DNA from: Octopus sinensis
Taxonomy: Eukaryota
Length of the DNA: 64,000 nucleotides
Assembly: GCF_006345805.1 (NCBI RefSeq)
Contig: NC_043004.1
Coordinates: 22,072,001 to 22,136,000, forward strand
Reading direction: 5' to 3'
Both the position numbers and the translations under genes were made by a program. Positions 13,266-26,819 of this stretch are shown piece after piece (position 1 is the stretch's first letter; the number at the start of each line of letters is the position of its first letter). The notes beneath the pieces are model-generated. The model had not been told where the DNA came from. It saw nothing but the letters and a program-made list of their open reading frames with translations, and did not search any database.

Positions 13266-14996
13266 TATATATTGGCGTATCTACACGATAAACATTAAGA
13301 GAGTGAGAACGAGAGACTAGTAATATGTCGAAGACGTTAACTTTCGTTCTTCTTAGGTTAAGAGTAAATATTTGTAACGTTCACTTAGGAAAGTGTACGA
13401 ACAATTGATTCAATGGCATTTTATGAAGCCGTTGTTTTATTCCTCTCTCAAGAAGGAAACTACATGATAGTTAGAACCCATATTGCCACACGTTACAAGA
13501 ACACATTAAGAAATTATATTAAGAAACATTTATATGAATTCCAGTTTTAAGGTAATGTAATATTCATATTTCTATACATACAAGTATTATTGGAAAAGTA
13601 TGATGGAAAATTATTGGCTGCACGGCGTATCGGTCTTGAAATACATTAGAAATGTATCTGAAGAATAACATAGTTATACTGAAGACCATAATGGCTGGAT
13701 GAGATCTCCCAAAAATTCATTTTCAAGATTTGATATTGGGACATTCTATTCAGTACCATTAATGGTTCAACAATGATTTATAGAGAAAATATTTATATGA
13801 TGAAATAACTTGTAAAAATCAACAGTCAAATTTTCCCTGTATTACATCCGACACTACAGAAAATATAATCACTTTGCAAAATGTACAAATGTAATTGATT
13901 TCTTAAGCTTAAAAAATGTTTAAAATTTGGGGGAAGGATATCATAGATGAAATCAACGCTAGCAATTAACAAATACATTCTTAACAACCTAGGGATGGCA
14001 ACAATCAAAGTTGCTCGGGCGGCATTCGTCCTCAAAATTTAAAGTGCCATACCTAAATACCACAAGGATTGCTTCCATTTTTCTGTCTATATTTTACCCT
14101 CATCCGTCCCAATGGCGGAAGATAAAAAGTAATCATCTTTCAACATTTTATCATGCAAAGTCAATGACATGTTAATCTAGTTACCAGATATATTATCCAG
14201 AGGTTATGTGAAGACACATACGTGCATATCCTGAGATTAAATGTCAAGAATGCTTTTAAAGATTTTGCAAAATACAGTTACTTTTCTGTCGATCGACATT
14301 ATTCCTCTAGCCCATAACGTGGGTTGTGGCGAGTGCACTAATTTTCACAGGAACATTTTTTACCATTGTGTTTGTAATCTCTTCATCTATTTGATTAGGT
14401 TCTGAAATTTCTGCATTTTCAGAGTTTCCTTAATATCCACTGCACTATTACCTGATATTAAAAACTATTTTATCTTGCAGTTTTTCTGTCATCTACTGAC
14501 TCTCTGGTCTCTTTATTTCAATTACGTTCTAAATGTTGATTACATTTTTGATAAGGTTTAGATCAACAACGTATAAATGGTAACTGATTGGTGTATCATA
14601 TAATATGTACCCGTTTTCTGAATCATTTAACAGCTTAGATGAATAGGGCTACGTAAAATACTAGTGGGGACGGAGAGTCACCTTGGAAATTCTGTAGATC
14701 ATGTTTATGTCACATGCATTCATAGTATCTGTCTCTGAATTCAGTATAGGAGATGTCCTCTACTGCTTCATATCATTCGACAGAAAATTACCAATTACTG
14801 GATGAATGTTATATATTTCCCAGCATTTTTCAATACAACTATTGAAAAAGCGTCTCAAGCGCTTTTTTATAATGAATCCATGCAGTCGGTAAGTTTTGGC
14901 ACCGTTTGTATTTATTGATTAAAGTTGGTCTTTACAAACATACGAGTCACGTTTACAATGCTTTTGTTTATTGGGGAATATCATATTAAGCATAAG

Positions 14997-15041
<45 letters not shown>

Positions 15042-15149
15042 GAGACGATGGACGTTACTGTGTTATTAATTACTGTAACACATATATTTGGTCGATAGTC
15101 CAAATTAATGTGTGGTGATTAATTTTGCTCTGTTTAATCAATGAAGGAG

Positions 15150-16015
15150 TAGTATTGGGTGAGATGGCAGGTGTCATTCGTAATGCTATTATAGAAGTGA
15201 TTAAATCTTCCATGATATTCAATCAAGGGATTCAGGCAAAAGTTAGGGATTTCATCTTTCCCACGTGATTTCCGTGTGCTAAATTTTCTCAGTGCAGTCC
15301 TGAGATCCTCCATATGTGTTCTTTAATATCTTCAAAGTTTCTGACCTGTCGATAAATCCAGGGAGCATTATAATTGTGTTTTTTAGGTCGCAACAAGAAC
15401 GACATCCAAAACTGTTGTACTTCCAACTCAGTAGGTGTGGTCTTAATAGTTATATTATCTTCTGCAATTTTCCAATAAAAACTTTCTGAATTGTTATTCT
15501 TGAAAAACTTTGATCATTTTTAAGCCTCCTTACGAATTCTGCTTTGGTTTGAACAATTTGCTCGATGTCTTCAATTGCATTATCGATTTCGCCCGTTCTT
15601 TTTTTATTATATTTTCTTTCCAGCTTTTTAACTTTTGCTATCTTAATATATTTTGGTTTCTGATGTCCTTGTGTATGTCAATATTAAATTCTAGTACGCT
15701 AATTTTATTTCTAATTCTCTCTTTTCATATTGGTTTCCTCATTATACCTTGGGTCTTTCTCTTTACTCGAATACTAGACAGTGCAGCTGGTAGTGAAGCA
15801 TCAACATAAAGTACATTGTTCAGTGAGATCTACTTCATATTCACTCGAGATGGATTTTGTAATTTCTCTTACCCTACGTATAATTTTACCAGTTTGTTTT
15901 GACTTGCGAATCTTGGGAAGATCATTGCCATCTTCGACTTCGGTCTGTTTGACATTCACGAACTGTTATAGAATTTCTGATGTTATACTATTATCATCAA
16001 TGTATGGGATTCCAG
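15150..16015 (-). mobile_element. Decayed R4/Dong-type non-LTR retrotransposon fragment (region upstream of RT)
   Basis: Broken minus frame includes KFFKNNNSESFYWKIAEDNITIKTTPTELEVQQFW and GKDEIPNFCLNPL; boundaries approximate. Confidence 0.6.
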
Positions 16016-16017
16016 TC

Positions 16018-16086
16018 TTCTCCTTCTTCTTTCTCTTCTTCTTCTTCTTCTTCTTCTTCTTCTTCTTCTTCTTCTTCTTCTTCTTC

Positions 16087-16146
<60 letters not shown>

Positions 16147-16177
16147 GCTGTTTTTGTGGTTGTTGTTGTTGTTGTTG
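16018..16177. repeat. Compound (CTT)n(ATT)n(GTT)n microsatellite
   Basis: Directly visible. Confidence 0.97.
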
Positions 16178-16625
16178 CACAGCTTCTAACGCTGGAGATG
16201 TACTATGGTGTCACCTGTACACTACGAGTGAACTAAGGTAACACCTCTTATTTTTCGAGCACTATCCGGAGAATTCGAGTGGTTCAAAGGAGTGCCGTCT
16301 TCTGCAAGTGCCCCTCCATTATTGAAGCCCTATTTATTCCATGTACTTCTCAAGATTTTTACACACTGTTCCCAGGGTTCCGACAATTATTGGTACAACT
16401 ACCACCTTTTTATGGACCACAGCTGCTTAACCTCCCAAGCTCACCTGTCATATCTATCTTTCTTCCTTATCGCATACCCTGTTGTAAGCTGGGCAGGCTA
16501 TATCTATGATCCAGCATCGTTTGCTTTCTTTCTCAATTAACACTTTTCCTGGTTTCCTATTATCTATCTCATCGTCGCACTAACTCATAATATCCCATAG
16601 GATCCTTGCATTATCATTTTCGATG
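16178..16625 (-). mobile_element. R4/Dong-type LINE 3' end (restriction-like endonuclease domain and 3' UTR)
   Basis: Minus frame ENDNARILWD...NRKPG..LIEKESKRCWIIDIACP...WEVKQLW..KVVVVPIIVGTLGTV; runs into an AAC/AAT/AAG tail. Confidence 0.8.
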
Positions 16626-16734
16626 TTGCCTTCTGGTTTGTTTTATGATTATTACAATTGTTGTTGTTGGTGGTGGAGGTGCTGGCGGTGGCAGCGGTGG
16701 TAGTGCTAGTGGCGCCAGCGGCGGGGCGGTGGTG

Positions 16735-17003
16735 GTGCTGGTAAAACTGGTAGAACCGTTATTATGCCGTACAAAATACTTGGTTGCATTTCGTCCGTCA
16801 TTACGTTCTGAGAGCGAATTTAACCAAGGTTGACTTTGCCTTTGCAGGGAAGGGATAAGCGGACTACATCGACCCCACTGCTCGGCTGGTACCTATTTTA
16901 TTGATCTCGAAAGGATGAAAGGCCAAATCAATCACCGTGACATTTGCCTAAATGCCACTAAAAGTTTTGTCTAGTCTCCTAACGGTTCTGCCAGGTCACC
17001 ACC
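16735..17003. mobile_element. Two degraded SINE family B fragments in opposite orientation
   Basis: TTACGTTCTGAG...AAGGTTGACTTTGCCTTT on plus, then CTGGTACCTATTTTATTGATCTCGAAAGGATGAAAGG on minus. Confidence 0.6.
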
Positions 17004-19683
17004 TTTTATCAACATCGTATTTTGAAACACGTCGATCATGTGACCCGAAATTTTGCGTCGAGAATTCACTTCATCTCTGGATAAAAGTCAAGTACTACTA
17101 TGCAGGAAATGAAACAAAGAATTATGGTTGTCTGTAGTCAAAAACCTACTATATATATCAACTAAGTACTTTAGTCTGGGGTAGGATATACCTGAAAGAA
17201 AAAAAAATGGACAGACGCGGTGCTTAGACTTTGATCAACGCTCTACTCAATTAGATTGCAACTACTGCTAAGCAACATTAACCAGACAGGAATATAATAT
17301 ATCGATTGAAAAAAATCTCAGAACACTTAAATCTATTTTGGAAAAGTGGTATATTTTCTCTCTTAATCATCTCGTCCAAGTAGCTTCATACTTTTCACAC
17401 TCAATAAAATTAAAGTATCAGCAAGTGAAAGAATTGGTCGCTAAATCCGAAATAGTAGCAAATTTTACTTCCGTTCTAAAACTTTGAAAATCATTAGACA
17501 GCGTAATCTTTTACAGACACAAATGAATATGTATGTGTACGAATGAAACGTTTTATATATGTGTGTGTGCGTGTGTGACTGCATATGCGAGTGTGTGCGT
17601 ATGTGCGTTTATGCAAAGTATTATATAAAACAATTGCACATTAAACTGAAGAATAACTCAATACTTTTTAGTAGATTACATGTTTATTAGACTGTTACAA
17701 GAAGGGGTCTAATAGTGACTTCAAAGTCTCACCCTGCTAGTCACCGTCACACTTCACTGCACTTGGGATCATTTCAGTTTTTGTCTTTGGGAATTTTATT
17801 CTAAGGTAAGTGGATTAAGTGGAGGAAAGACAAATGATAATCAGGCTTGGTGTTTGTGTCAGCTGGGTGAAAATATATAAAAAAGTGGAATGACAGAGGA
17901 CAGGAGAAAATTATGTTTTGATGGTGACGGTTGATAAAAATTCATTTTTGGAAAATTTTGTCTTGTTTAAAGGGGTCTTTCTGTTATTGCTTAGAGTTCA
18001 GCTAAGCGTGAAAATAACATTGTAAACAGGTGCGTTCAGCTTCAGAATGTCAGATGCAGGTCATGAGATTCTTTGTGCCTCACGTTTCACAAAAATATTT
18101 TTGTAGTTGAATTAGACACCCGAGAAATGCTCAACAGATGTTCTCTTACAGGAGTTGTTATTTGATTTCCATTCAATTATATAAACTGTATGTTTTAAAA
18201 TTGTAAGAATTGAAATTCAAGGCTGCTATGTGTATTTATTGGTATTTTCTAGTCTATTTTCTCTATGGATACTTGCATATATATTATTTTAGAAAGATGT
18301 ATTTTGGGGAAGTTATAAAGCTACATATATCGAGTGCCCTTTATGCTTGTGGCTCCTGTGCATATATTTGCCTTTGTAGGCTGAAGCAGGCTTATCCGCA
18401 TTTACACATGTTGTGTTGGATTGTTTACATGTTAAACTATTTAGGGAGACACATTCACACGTATATAATTTTTTTTGACAAGCATTTCTGTGTAAGGCAT
18501 TTGTATAAGAAACTCCATTATCATATGTGGGGAATTCACCAGGAATATTTCTAAAGATTTTATGGTACGAAGAAATAAAACTCCTAGGGTAGATACATTA
18601 TCGACTAACATCCTTGACGGCTGTGCCTCAGCATAACGAAACCCAATGAGTGAAACCAATCAACGAATAAAAGAATGTGTAAAATATATACATGGAGATT
18701 AAAAAATCCAGTGTTTTTCCCAATTGAATGAGGGTTTAATAAGATTCACAATAGAAAAGCTTGTAATCGATTCTTTGTTAATAGAAACATTTAATTTCCC
18801 TATCACAAAACGAACAAAAAGCAACGGACAAAAAGACGTAAGCATTTTCAATATCCGATAAAGCGTTCGCTTTCATCTTATTGCAACTTCTGGTGAAAAT
18901 GTTTGTGTCCAATATCCTCAACATAATATATATATATATATGTGTGTGTGTGCATTACATCCAGAATTTCCACAATTTCTCCTTCAACGCACTCACTTGG
19001 ACAGTTCTGTTTGAAATATTCAAAAAGAAAAAAAATGAGAATCTGATAACGCAGCTTCAGTTTCTCGATGAAAAAATAGAGGAAAACAAAACCCCTTCTG
19101 ATTCTTTTATAATGAATTTTTCTTTAAAATCTTCGTTCAGTTTTGATACACAGAAATTCTTTGGTTTATTAATCGAAAAGAATAAGTCGATGTAAAATCA
19201 TCTCGATAATGTCAAGGTTAATTTTTTCAAGCCTCTAAACAGTCATCGGAGGTCAATGACATTCCAATCATCTCAGAATTAGAAAATAAATCTAATAATG
19301 GTACTAACGGTAACCACTGTAGATGCTGCCTCCTGCCTTTAAACAGAGATCTTTACACGACGTTGTTTTGTTTAAAGCCTTATGATGGGATAGTTAAGGA
19401 TGGAAGATGCACACAACAACTGTAGCTGTTGCATGCTTTAACTAACGATTGAATGTATATATTGTCTTCGTTCAAGAAAAAAAACCATCGAATATTCCGG
19501 AAACCACACCTTGCCAATTTGCTTTTGTTGAGTAGTAGAGTAACGTTTACAAAGTATCGAAATGTAATATATATATATATATACATAAAATAAAGGGAGA
19601 CTTTGGATGCATATAAGGACAATAACTTATAATTTCACCCAGCATTAACTAATAATTATAATAATAATAAGAAGAAGAAGAAG

Positions 19684-20400
19684 CAGCTAAGCGTATGAAA
19701 ACCCTTGCTACAACTGCCGCCTTAGATATTCTTACTGATAAATGGCAAAATAACTTCTCAGTGGCAAATACCCAAAGAGAGCTAATAGTCTCGATGTTGA
19801 CAAAGCCCTAATTAATCAATGGTTAGCATATTCTGGATAAAAATCAGAAACAGAAGGGTTTATCATAGCAGCACAAGATCAATGCCTACCTACAAGGAGC
19901 TACCAGGTCAACATATTAAAAATGGTATTAGCCCATCATGCCATGTATGTAAGCAAGAAAATGAAACCATTGATTATGTTGTGTCCATGTGCAGTCTTCT
20001 TGCGTCTACAGAGTATCTCCAAAGGCATAATAGGGTAGCACAACATATTCACTGGGTAATTTGCAAAAACTTGGGTCTACGTTATGATGAAAAATTAAGG
20101 GAACACAAACCACCACCAGTGCTTGAAACTGACAACATCTCTCTCCTTTGAAACTTCACTATTCAAACTGACAGAAATATAGATGCAAATAGGCCTGATA
20201 TAATAGTGAAGGGCTTCAGACAAAAATCATGACACTGAATCCACATAAATGTATCTGTCAGCACTTACCAAAAACTGAGCAAATATAGAGATCTTTAAAT
20301 AGAAATTGGCAAAATGTGGAGCCTCAAGACTAAAACAATACCTGTTGTCGTAGGTGCCCTAGGAAAGATAAAATAAGTGGCTGATGTCTAGCTCTGATAC
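19684..20400 (+). mobile_element. R4/Dong-type LINE fragment (zinc knuckle and restriction-like endonuclease)
   Basis: KSETEGFIIAAQDQCLPTR; CHVCKQENETIDYVVSMCSLLASTEYLQRHNRVAQHIHW; IQTDRNIDANRPDIIV; preceded by (TAA)n(GAA)n. Confidence 0.88.
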
Positions 20401-20944
20401 ATTTGCGCCAGCTTGACGTCTTATGGTGTCATTCGGAGATAAATCAGACGAATGGATTTTAATATATTTGTATATCTACAAATGATCCATTCAGAATTTT
20501 TACTGTGTCCTGATCTTATACAATTAAGGCAGGTAAATATTGATAAGCTGTTACTTTTAAGTTCTTACATAATATACACTGAAAGGACTTTAATTTAACA
20601 AGATATAAATATTTACATATTTTAATTATGAATATTTACTTATTTCGATTATGTAAACAGCTTCTGATGTTGTAACATTTGCATTTGAAGCTTCTTATAT
20701 AATTAAATTACTGAATAACCAGATATTTCGGCACATACTCAATAACGTCAGTAGATATCCCATTATATTATATTGCATACAGTCTTCTAATTTACAGAGT
20801 ATTTATGAAAATCTAACATTTAAAAACAGGTTTTAGTAACAGATTTTGACGAAAAAAGAGTTCTACCTTCATCGAATCATTCAATTATATTTCCAAAATA
20901 ATTTGCTCGACGGGATAACTGCTTTAGAGAATATGCATGTATAT

Positions 20945-21300
20945 ATATATATATGTGTGTGTGTATATATTTATTTATTTATATGTATATATAGGTATAT
21001 ATTAAATAATGAGGGTAGCAATTGTGCATAGTTCTGTGAAATATATGTTTTAAAATGCGACATACTACGCTGAGAAGTTACAGATATTTGCATTTTGTAT
21101 TTTGCGTTATGCAAGTGTTAATAACGAAACCATGATACGTAGGTATCGCTTTATTTTCTATATTTTCATTTGCCTAGCTTATTTCTACATTCTTTGGTTT
21201 TTGCTGAGATTTTAATCTTGAGAACACACACTTCGTGGTAGAACGATTTGACGTCTATCTTTGGCATATTAGGAATCCACTTGAGTGGTCATTCTTCTTA

Positions 21301-21332
<32 letters not shown>

Positions 21333-21358
21333 GCAAACATATGTTTGTAGGTATATAT

Positions 21359-21398
<40 letters not shown>

Positions 21399-21612
21399 TT
21401 CCCCTTTCTAATTTTTAAAAAAACTTTTTAAAACATAAATATTCTTGACAAGTCATACAATGACGAAAACCGGTTGAATAAATATATATTTATATATTTT
21501 ATCAATTTCTCATTTTATTAAAATTTTCTTTTATTTGAGCATTCTGCATTTTTAAAAAATTTTTCCTTACTTATCATTTCTCCACTTGCGGTCAACACAA
21601 CCCCACATTTAT

Positions 21613-21667
<55 letters not shown>

Positions 21668-22071
21668 GTGTGTGTGTATATATTATTTATTTATATGTAT
21701 ATATAGGTATATATTAAATAATGAGGGTAGCAATTGTGCATAGTTCTGTGAAATATATGTTTTAAAATGCGACATACTACGCTGAGAAGTTACAGATATT
21801 TGCATTTTGTATTTTGCGTTATGCAAGTGTTAATAACGAAACCATGATACGTAGGTAATCGCTTTATTTTCTATATTTTCATTTGCCTAGCTTATTTCTA
21901 CATTCTTTGGTTTTTGCTGAGATTTTAATCTTGAGAACACACACTTCGTGGTAGAACGATTTGACGTCTATCTTTGGCATATTAGGAATCCACTTGAGTG
22001 GTCATTCTTCTTATTAATTATATATATATATATATATATATATGCAAACATATGTTTGTAGGTATATATAT

Positions 22072-22107
<36 letters not shown>

Positions 22108-22320
22108 TTCCCCTTTCTAATTTTTAAAAAAACTTTTTAAAACATAAATATTCTTGACAAGTCATACAATGACGAAAACGGTTGAATAAATATATATTAT
22201 ATATTTTATCAATTTCTCATTTTATTAAAATTTTCTTTTATTTGAGCATTCTGCATTTTTAAAAAATTTTTCCTTACTTATCATTTCTCCACTTGCGGTC
22301 AACACAACCCCACCATTTAT

Positions 22321-22375
<55 letters not shown>
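20945..22375 (+). repeat. Near-identical tandem duplication, period ~712 bp, with (TA)n at the junctions
   Basis: GAGGGTAGCAATTGTGC at 21011 and 21723; copies differ mainly by 1-bp indels and tract lengths. Confidence 0.95.
21439..21480 (+). ncRNA. Degenerate minimal type I hammerhead motif (second copy 22148-22188)
   Basis: tattc-TTGACAA-gtcat aca atgac-GAAAAC-cg-GTT-gaata: stems I and II pair, core differs from CTGACGA at two positions. Confidence 0.55.
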
Positions 22376-22376
<1 letters not shown>

Positions 22377-22380
<4 letters not shown>

Positions 22381-22779
22381 GAATGGAGTTGAACGACGAA
22401 TTAACAAAATTTCTTTATTTTTGTCATATGTTTCGAAGGCTGTATATTCCTAATTGCGAAGGAATAAGGAGTATATTATGCCGCTTTCTCATCGGGAAAA
22501 GCAAGGAACTTATGTCAATATCAAGATGCACAAAAAACTTTCAGATGACTGCTCACACGGAGCCCATAGTCCAGAGCCCATTATCGCTATGGGCTCCGTG
22601 TGAGCAATCATCTGAAAGTTTTTTGTGCATCTTGATGTTGACATAAGTTCATTGTTTTTCCTGATGAGAAAGCGGCATAATATACTCCTTATTCCTTCGC
22701 AATTAGGAATATGCAGCATTCGAAACATACGTCGAAAATAAAGGAATTTTGTTAATTCGTCGTTCAACTCCATTCTTTC
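22377..22779. mobile_element. Long inverted repeat (193-bp arms, 17-nt spacer), PLE pLTR-like, with a hammerhead in each arm
   Basis: 22377-22569 is the imperfect reverse complement of 22587-22779; flanked by TA repeats. Confidence 0.9.
22655..22739 (+). ncRNA. Type I hammerhead ribozyme with canonical core
   Basis: ttttc-CTGATGA-gaaagcggcata...tatgcagcattc-GAAAC-atac-GTC-gaaaa: stem I ttttc/gaaaa, stem II 10 of 12 pairs plus tattcct/aggaata, GUC cleavage triplet at 22731-22733. Confidence 0.8.
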
Positions 22780-22796
22780 ATATATTTATATTTTTA

Positions 22797-22921
22797 AAAA
22801 AACATACAAATTTCCACACGAAAGCACGTAACTTCAACCGTGTCTTCTCTGATGTGAATTTGCTACCCAGGTATCGGTTAACCGAATTATCCATAACAAG
22901 ATAATTCATTCAACTACTCAA

Positions 22922-22923
<2 letters not shown>
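22797..22923 (+). repeat. Second copy of the 9527-9670 repeat, with ~20-bp internal deletion
   Basis: Direct comparison of the two copies. Confidence 0.85.
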
Positions 22924-22992
<69 letters not shown>

Positions 22993-23766
22993 TTGAATAA
23001 ATATACCCAGTGAAGTATTGATTCTGCTCAAGGTGTACTGACATACTCTTCGTATCATAATTATGCAATAGAATGCAGTGAACCAATGATCTGGCCATTA
23101 GGAAGATATAAATTGATGATATGAAAGGAATTAGCTGTACGAAAATCAATATGAGATATTTAATGCTTTCCTAGATCTAGACATACAAATTAATTCCTAG
23201 TTAACTGATTGTATAAGTTATTAATTTGTAGCAAAGTAAGGATTGACTAATCGATTTATGATATTGAAATAATAACATAATTTTTTTTGTTTTAACTGAT
23301 CTCTATTTTACGTTGGTGCCGATACACGTTTTGACAGATTATTGAAAATTAATAGTTTAGTTTCACCCTTTCACATACTTCACAATATATATTGGAAATG
23401 ACTTCAAATAACTTGCGATTAATAACTATATATATAAAAAAAAAACATACATATATTTTATATGCGTGGGCATGAGGCAGAGCGTGAGTTCTATCACATG
23501 AATAGTGTTAGCAAATGGCAATTTTTTTACAATAACTAAACAACCATTTTGAATATAATTACAACAATGTTTCACTGTTGCTAATGTTTGACACAACTTT
23601 AAGGTTCATTAGTATTTCACCAAGTAACAGTAAAACAATGTAATGGATTAATGACTAAGTATAATATCAAACTGAATAGAAAATTGGAGTTTACCTCACA
23701 TGAATCAGAACAAGCAGGGCCTGCTGACATCGTCATGCATATTTACATAGACATGCACGTAAATTA

Positions 23767-25048
23767 TCAGGTCATCCCATAAGTTCTGACCGAATTTTGA
23801 ATCAAGAAAACAAGTGATCAAATGTTATATTTAATTGAAATTTAATCATCAATGTACTTTCCCTGATTATCTATGACTTCCTTCCATCTCTATACAAACT
23901 TTTTAATACCCTCAATATAAGACTTTTTTGTTTTCAAAGCGAAGAACTCTGAAATGTCAGTTTCGACCTCCTCCTGGCTTGCGAAAGTTATGTCCCTCAA
24001 ATGATTCTGTTAACTACGAAACAAATGGTAGTGTGAAGGAGCAAGGTTGGGGGAAAAGGGTAGATGATGAATTTTTTCTCAACCAAGCTCTTCGATCTTC
24101 AATGATGTGATCTTTGCAGTGTGGAATCGCGCACTGTCCTGATGAAACATCACTTCTTTTCGATTCACTGAAGCGGGTCTTTTTTCTTCAAAGCTTGATT
24201 CAAACGCTCTAATTGCTAATAGTAGACTTGAGTATGATTGTTGCATAAGGTGGTAACAATTCAAAGGAAATTACTCCTTTGCAATCCCACTAGATAGAGA
24301 GAAGAAACTGTTTCCTATGAAGTTCCTTTCTCGGTTGTGGTTGAGCTTTTTCCATTTTACAAAGCCACTGTTTACGACGCTAACATTCGATAGAAGATCC
24401 ATTTTTCGTCACCAGTCACACGTCTATCCAAAAAGGGTGAAAGGAATTCGCGAGAATGGAGAGAAGAGCATATGTCAACTGGGGATTTGCGGTTGCTTTC
24501 GAACAATTCATGAGGCACCCATTTCCCAAGTTTTGGAACTTGTCCAAGTTATTGAAGATTACGATGAACAGTTGTATGGTTTGAACTAAGCTTTATTGCC
24601 AATTCTTCAACTGATAATGCAGGATTTTCTTCAAGTAATGCCTGAAGGAGCTTATCACCAAATTCAATTGGACATCCTGTTCGATCCTCATCTTCATGGC
24701 TGAAATTTCCACTTCTGAATTTTGCAAAGCATCTTCTGCATCTTCTTTCATTCAAGCATTCTTTCCCATAAACTGAGTGTATGTCTCGAGTCGCTTCGGC
24801 TGGAGAGTTTCCTTTCTTGTACTCAACGCATTATCTGCCTTAAATGCTCTTTGGACACTTCCATGTTAGAAAGGGTTTTAATGTAAGAAATTTTAATTCT
24901 GTTATTCTGTAAAATAAAATTTAATTAGTTTAAATGTACACAAAGGCATAAAAATAATTTTAAATTCCATTAGACATTCTAAAATACCATTAAATTTCAT
25001 TCAATTTTAAAAAAGGTAAAACCGGACAGAAGTTATGGGATGACCTCA
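23767..25048 (-). mobile_element. Full-length (1282 bp) mariner transposon; transposase pseudogene ~23842-24864
   Basis: TIRs TCAGGTCATCCCATAAGTTCTGACCG and CCGGACAGAAGTTATGGGATGACCTCA, TA on both sides; FAKFRSGNFSHEDEDRTG, FHQDSARFHTA, GKYIDD-stop; several frameshifts. Confidence 0.95.
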
Positions 25049-26819
25049 TAGGTGCTTCACATAAAGAGTTTCACCAATCTTTTCAAATAACTATCAGCAT
25101 TTTCAAAATAATTCTAGCAAAAACGTAAGAGAATAATGTTAGAACAGGGATCGTATTAAGATGCAGAATTATGCCCGGCTGTTTCTGTAGGTGTGCTGAA
25201 ATTTGGAATAAGCTATGGCTTCTGATTCTAAAGAAAGCCTCTTTACGATAGGCACAAGGCCTAAAACAATTTTGCATGGGAGATTGTCGCTTTTATCGAC
25301 TCCCAAGCTTGACTATTACATATTGTTATCGACTGGGAAGGTATGATAAGAATTGTAGACCTCAGCGGAATTCTGATTCTAAAATTGTGAGGGATATTTT
25401 CAGGAAAAAACAAACAAAAGCATTTGTACTATTTAAATAATTTCCTTGCACAATTTTGTTGATGTATCTAATGTAAAGACAGGATATTGTTTAAATTTTT
25501 CACTTTACTTAGTACAATCTCGTATTACATACTAAGATTGTATTAGATACAATCTTACATACTCGTATTTCAAAATGTAGAAATGAATTGTTTTACCGGT
25601 GTAAACGGTGATAGCAGTTGATACCGTCTAGTGTAAACTTAAAAAATGTCCGAAATGTAAGGCAAGGATAATAACTGCATAGAGTGAGACACAGTACAAT
25701 ACTGTGGGAGAAAGCTAAATGCATATTCGAATGAGAATTTCTTTTAAATATGGATGAAGTCTTTCGGTAATATATATTACTATATTAATCTTGACGTGCC
25801 TGTACCGTATATCTCTTGCGTGATACCTCACAAGTAATACAGTCTTATATGATGATAACATTTTATATTGAAGATATATATTGGCATTGAAATGTTGGCA
25901 TATACAAGATCTTAATGGAAACTGAAAGACTTTTCTATTTGGAAATTTTTATTGGCTTGTGAAATATTTTTATCATAGATATTATTCGACTGCAGGACAG
26001 CAATGATTTCACTAAATTTATGATAGCCAAGTACCTACTTATTTTCCAGAACTATACCATTATTCCTATCATTAAAATGATACCATCACTAAAATACATA
26101 TTAATTCTTTAAATCTGCAAAACTTTTGTGATGTGATATAAACATGTTGTATAAACATGGATCAAAATTAAGTTGTAGAATCAAATGAATACTAGCCGTA
26201 ACCATCTCATTTATGTGTATATTTAGAACTATATTACGCAACATAACTTTTGAATATCAAAACAAGTTGTAGGTTAAAGTAATATGTGCGTTACGTCCTT
26301 TTACCGCATAATACTTAACAAGAGTGACAGAAAAGAATGTGGTTTATATATTCAAATAATCATTTTATTTTTTCATGATTAGAGAAAGCAGTGGGGTAAT
26401 AAATTGTTGATAAGAAACTAGTACCACACTGGAGAAACAGTATTTTGTATTTAATTTGAAATATGTATGTGTGTGTGTAACAAAGGTCACGGCAGAGTTT
26501 CAGTTTCTGTTCTATGTTGAGTCAAGAAAAGGTAAGTAACATTCAGTTACAATTTCGTTTACAGGGTAATGTACAATGGCAACAGATTCTTAATTTGGAA
26601 CTTTTACGTTACGAAGCTCACTCATTTACAAGGATTTGCACGGGCGGGTGGGCAAAACAGTCTTTTGACCAACACGTTTCGAGTTTCTGAAATCAACCTT
26701 GGGAACTAATGACTGCAACTAAGTTTTACTGAATTCACTGAGATGTCACGGGATGTTTCGGATCCACAATGCCTTAAAGTTATGAATACAAACAATTCAA
26801 AGAACTACTGCAAAATACC

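Noticed and set aside
13990-14150. Minus frame FRYGTLNFEDECRPSNFD, similar to mariner FRSGNFSLEDE.R
   Set aside because: Too short and degraded; no TIRs or catalytic motifs found
15781-16236. ORF with poly-F, poly-I and poly-V resembling a membrane protein
   Set aside because: Product of the (CTT)n(ATT)n(GTT)n tract and antisense LINE sequence
18630-18670. ATAACGA-a-accca a tgagt-GAAAC-caaTC hammerhead-like string
   Set aside because: Several core mismatches and no stem I
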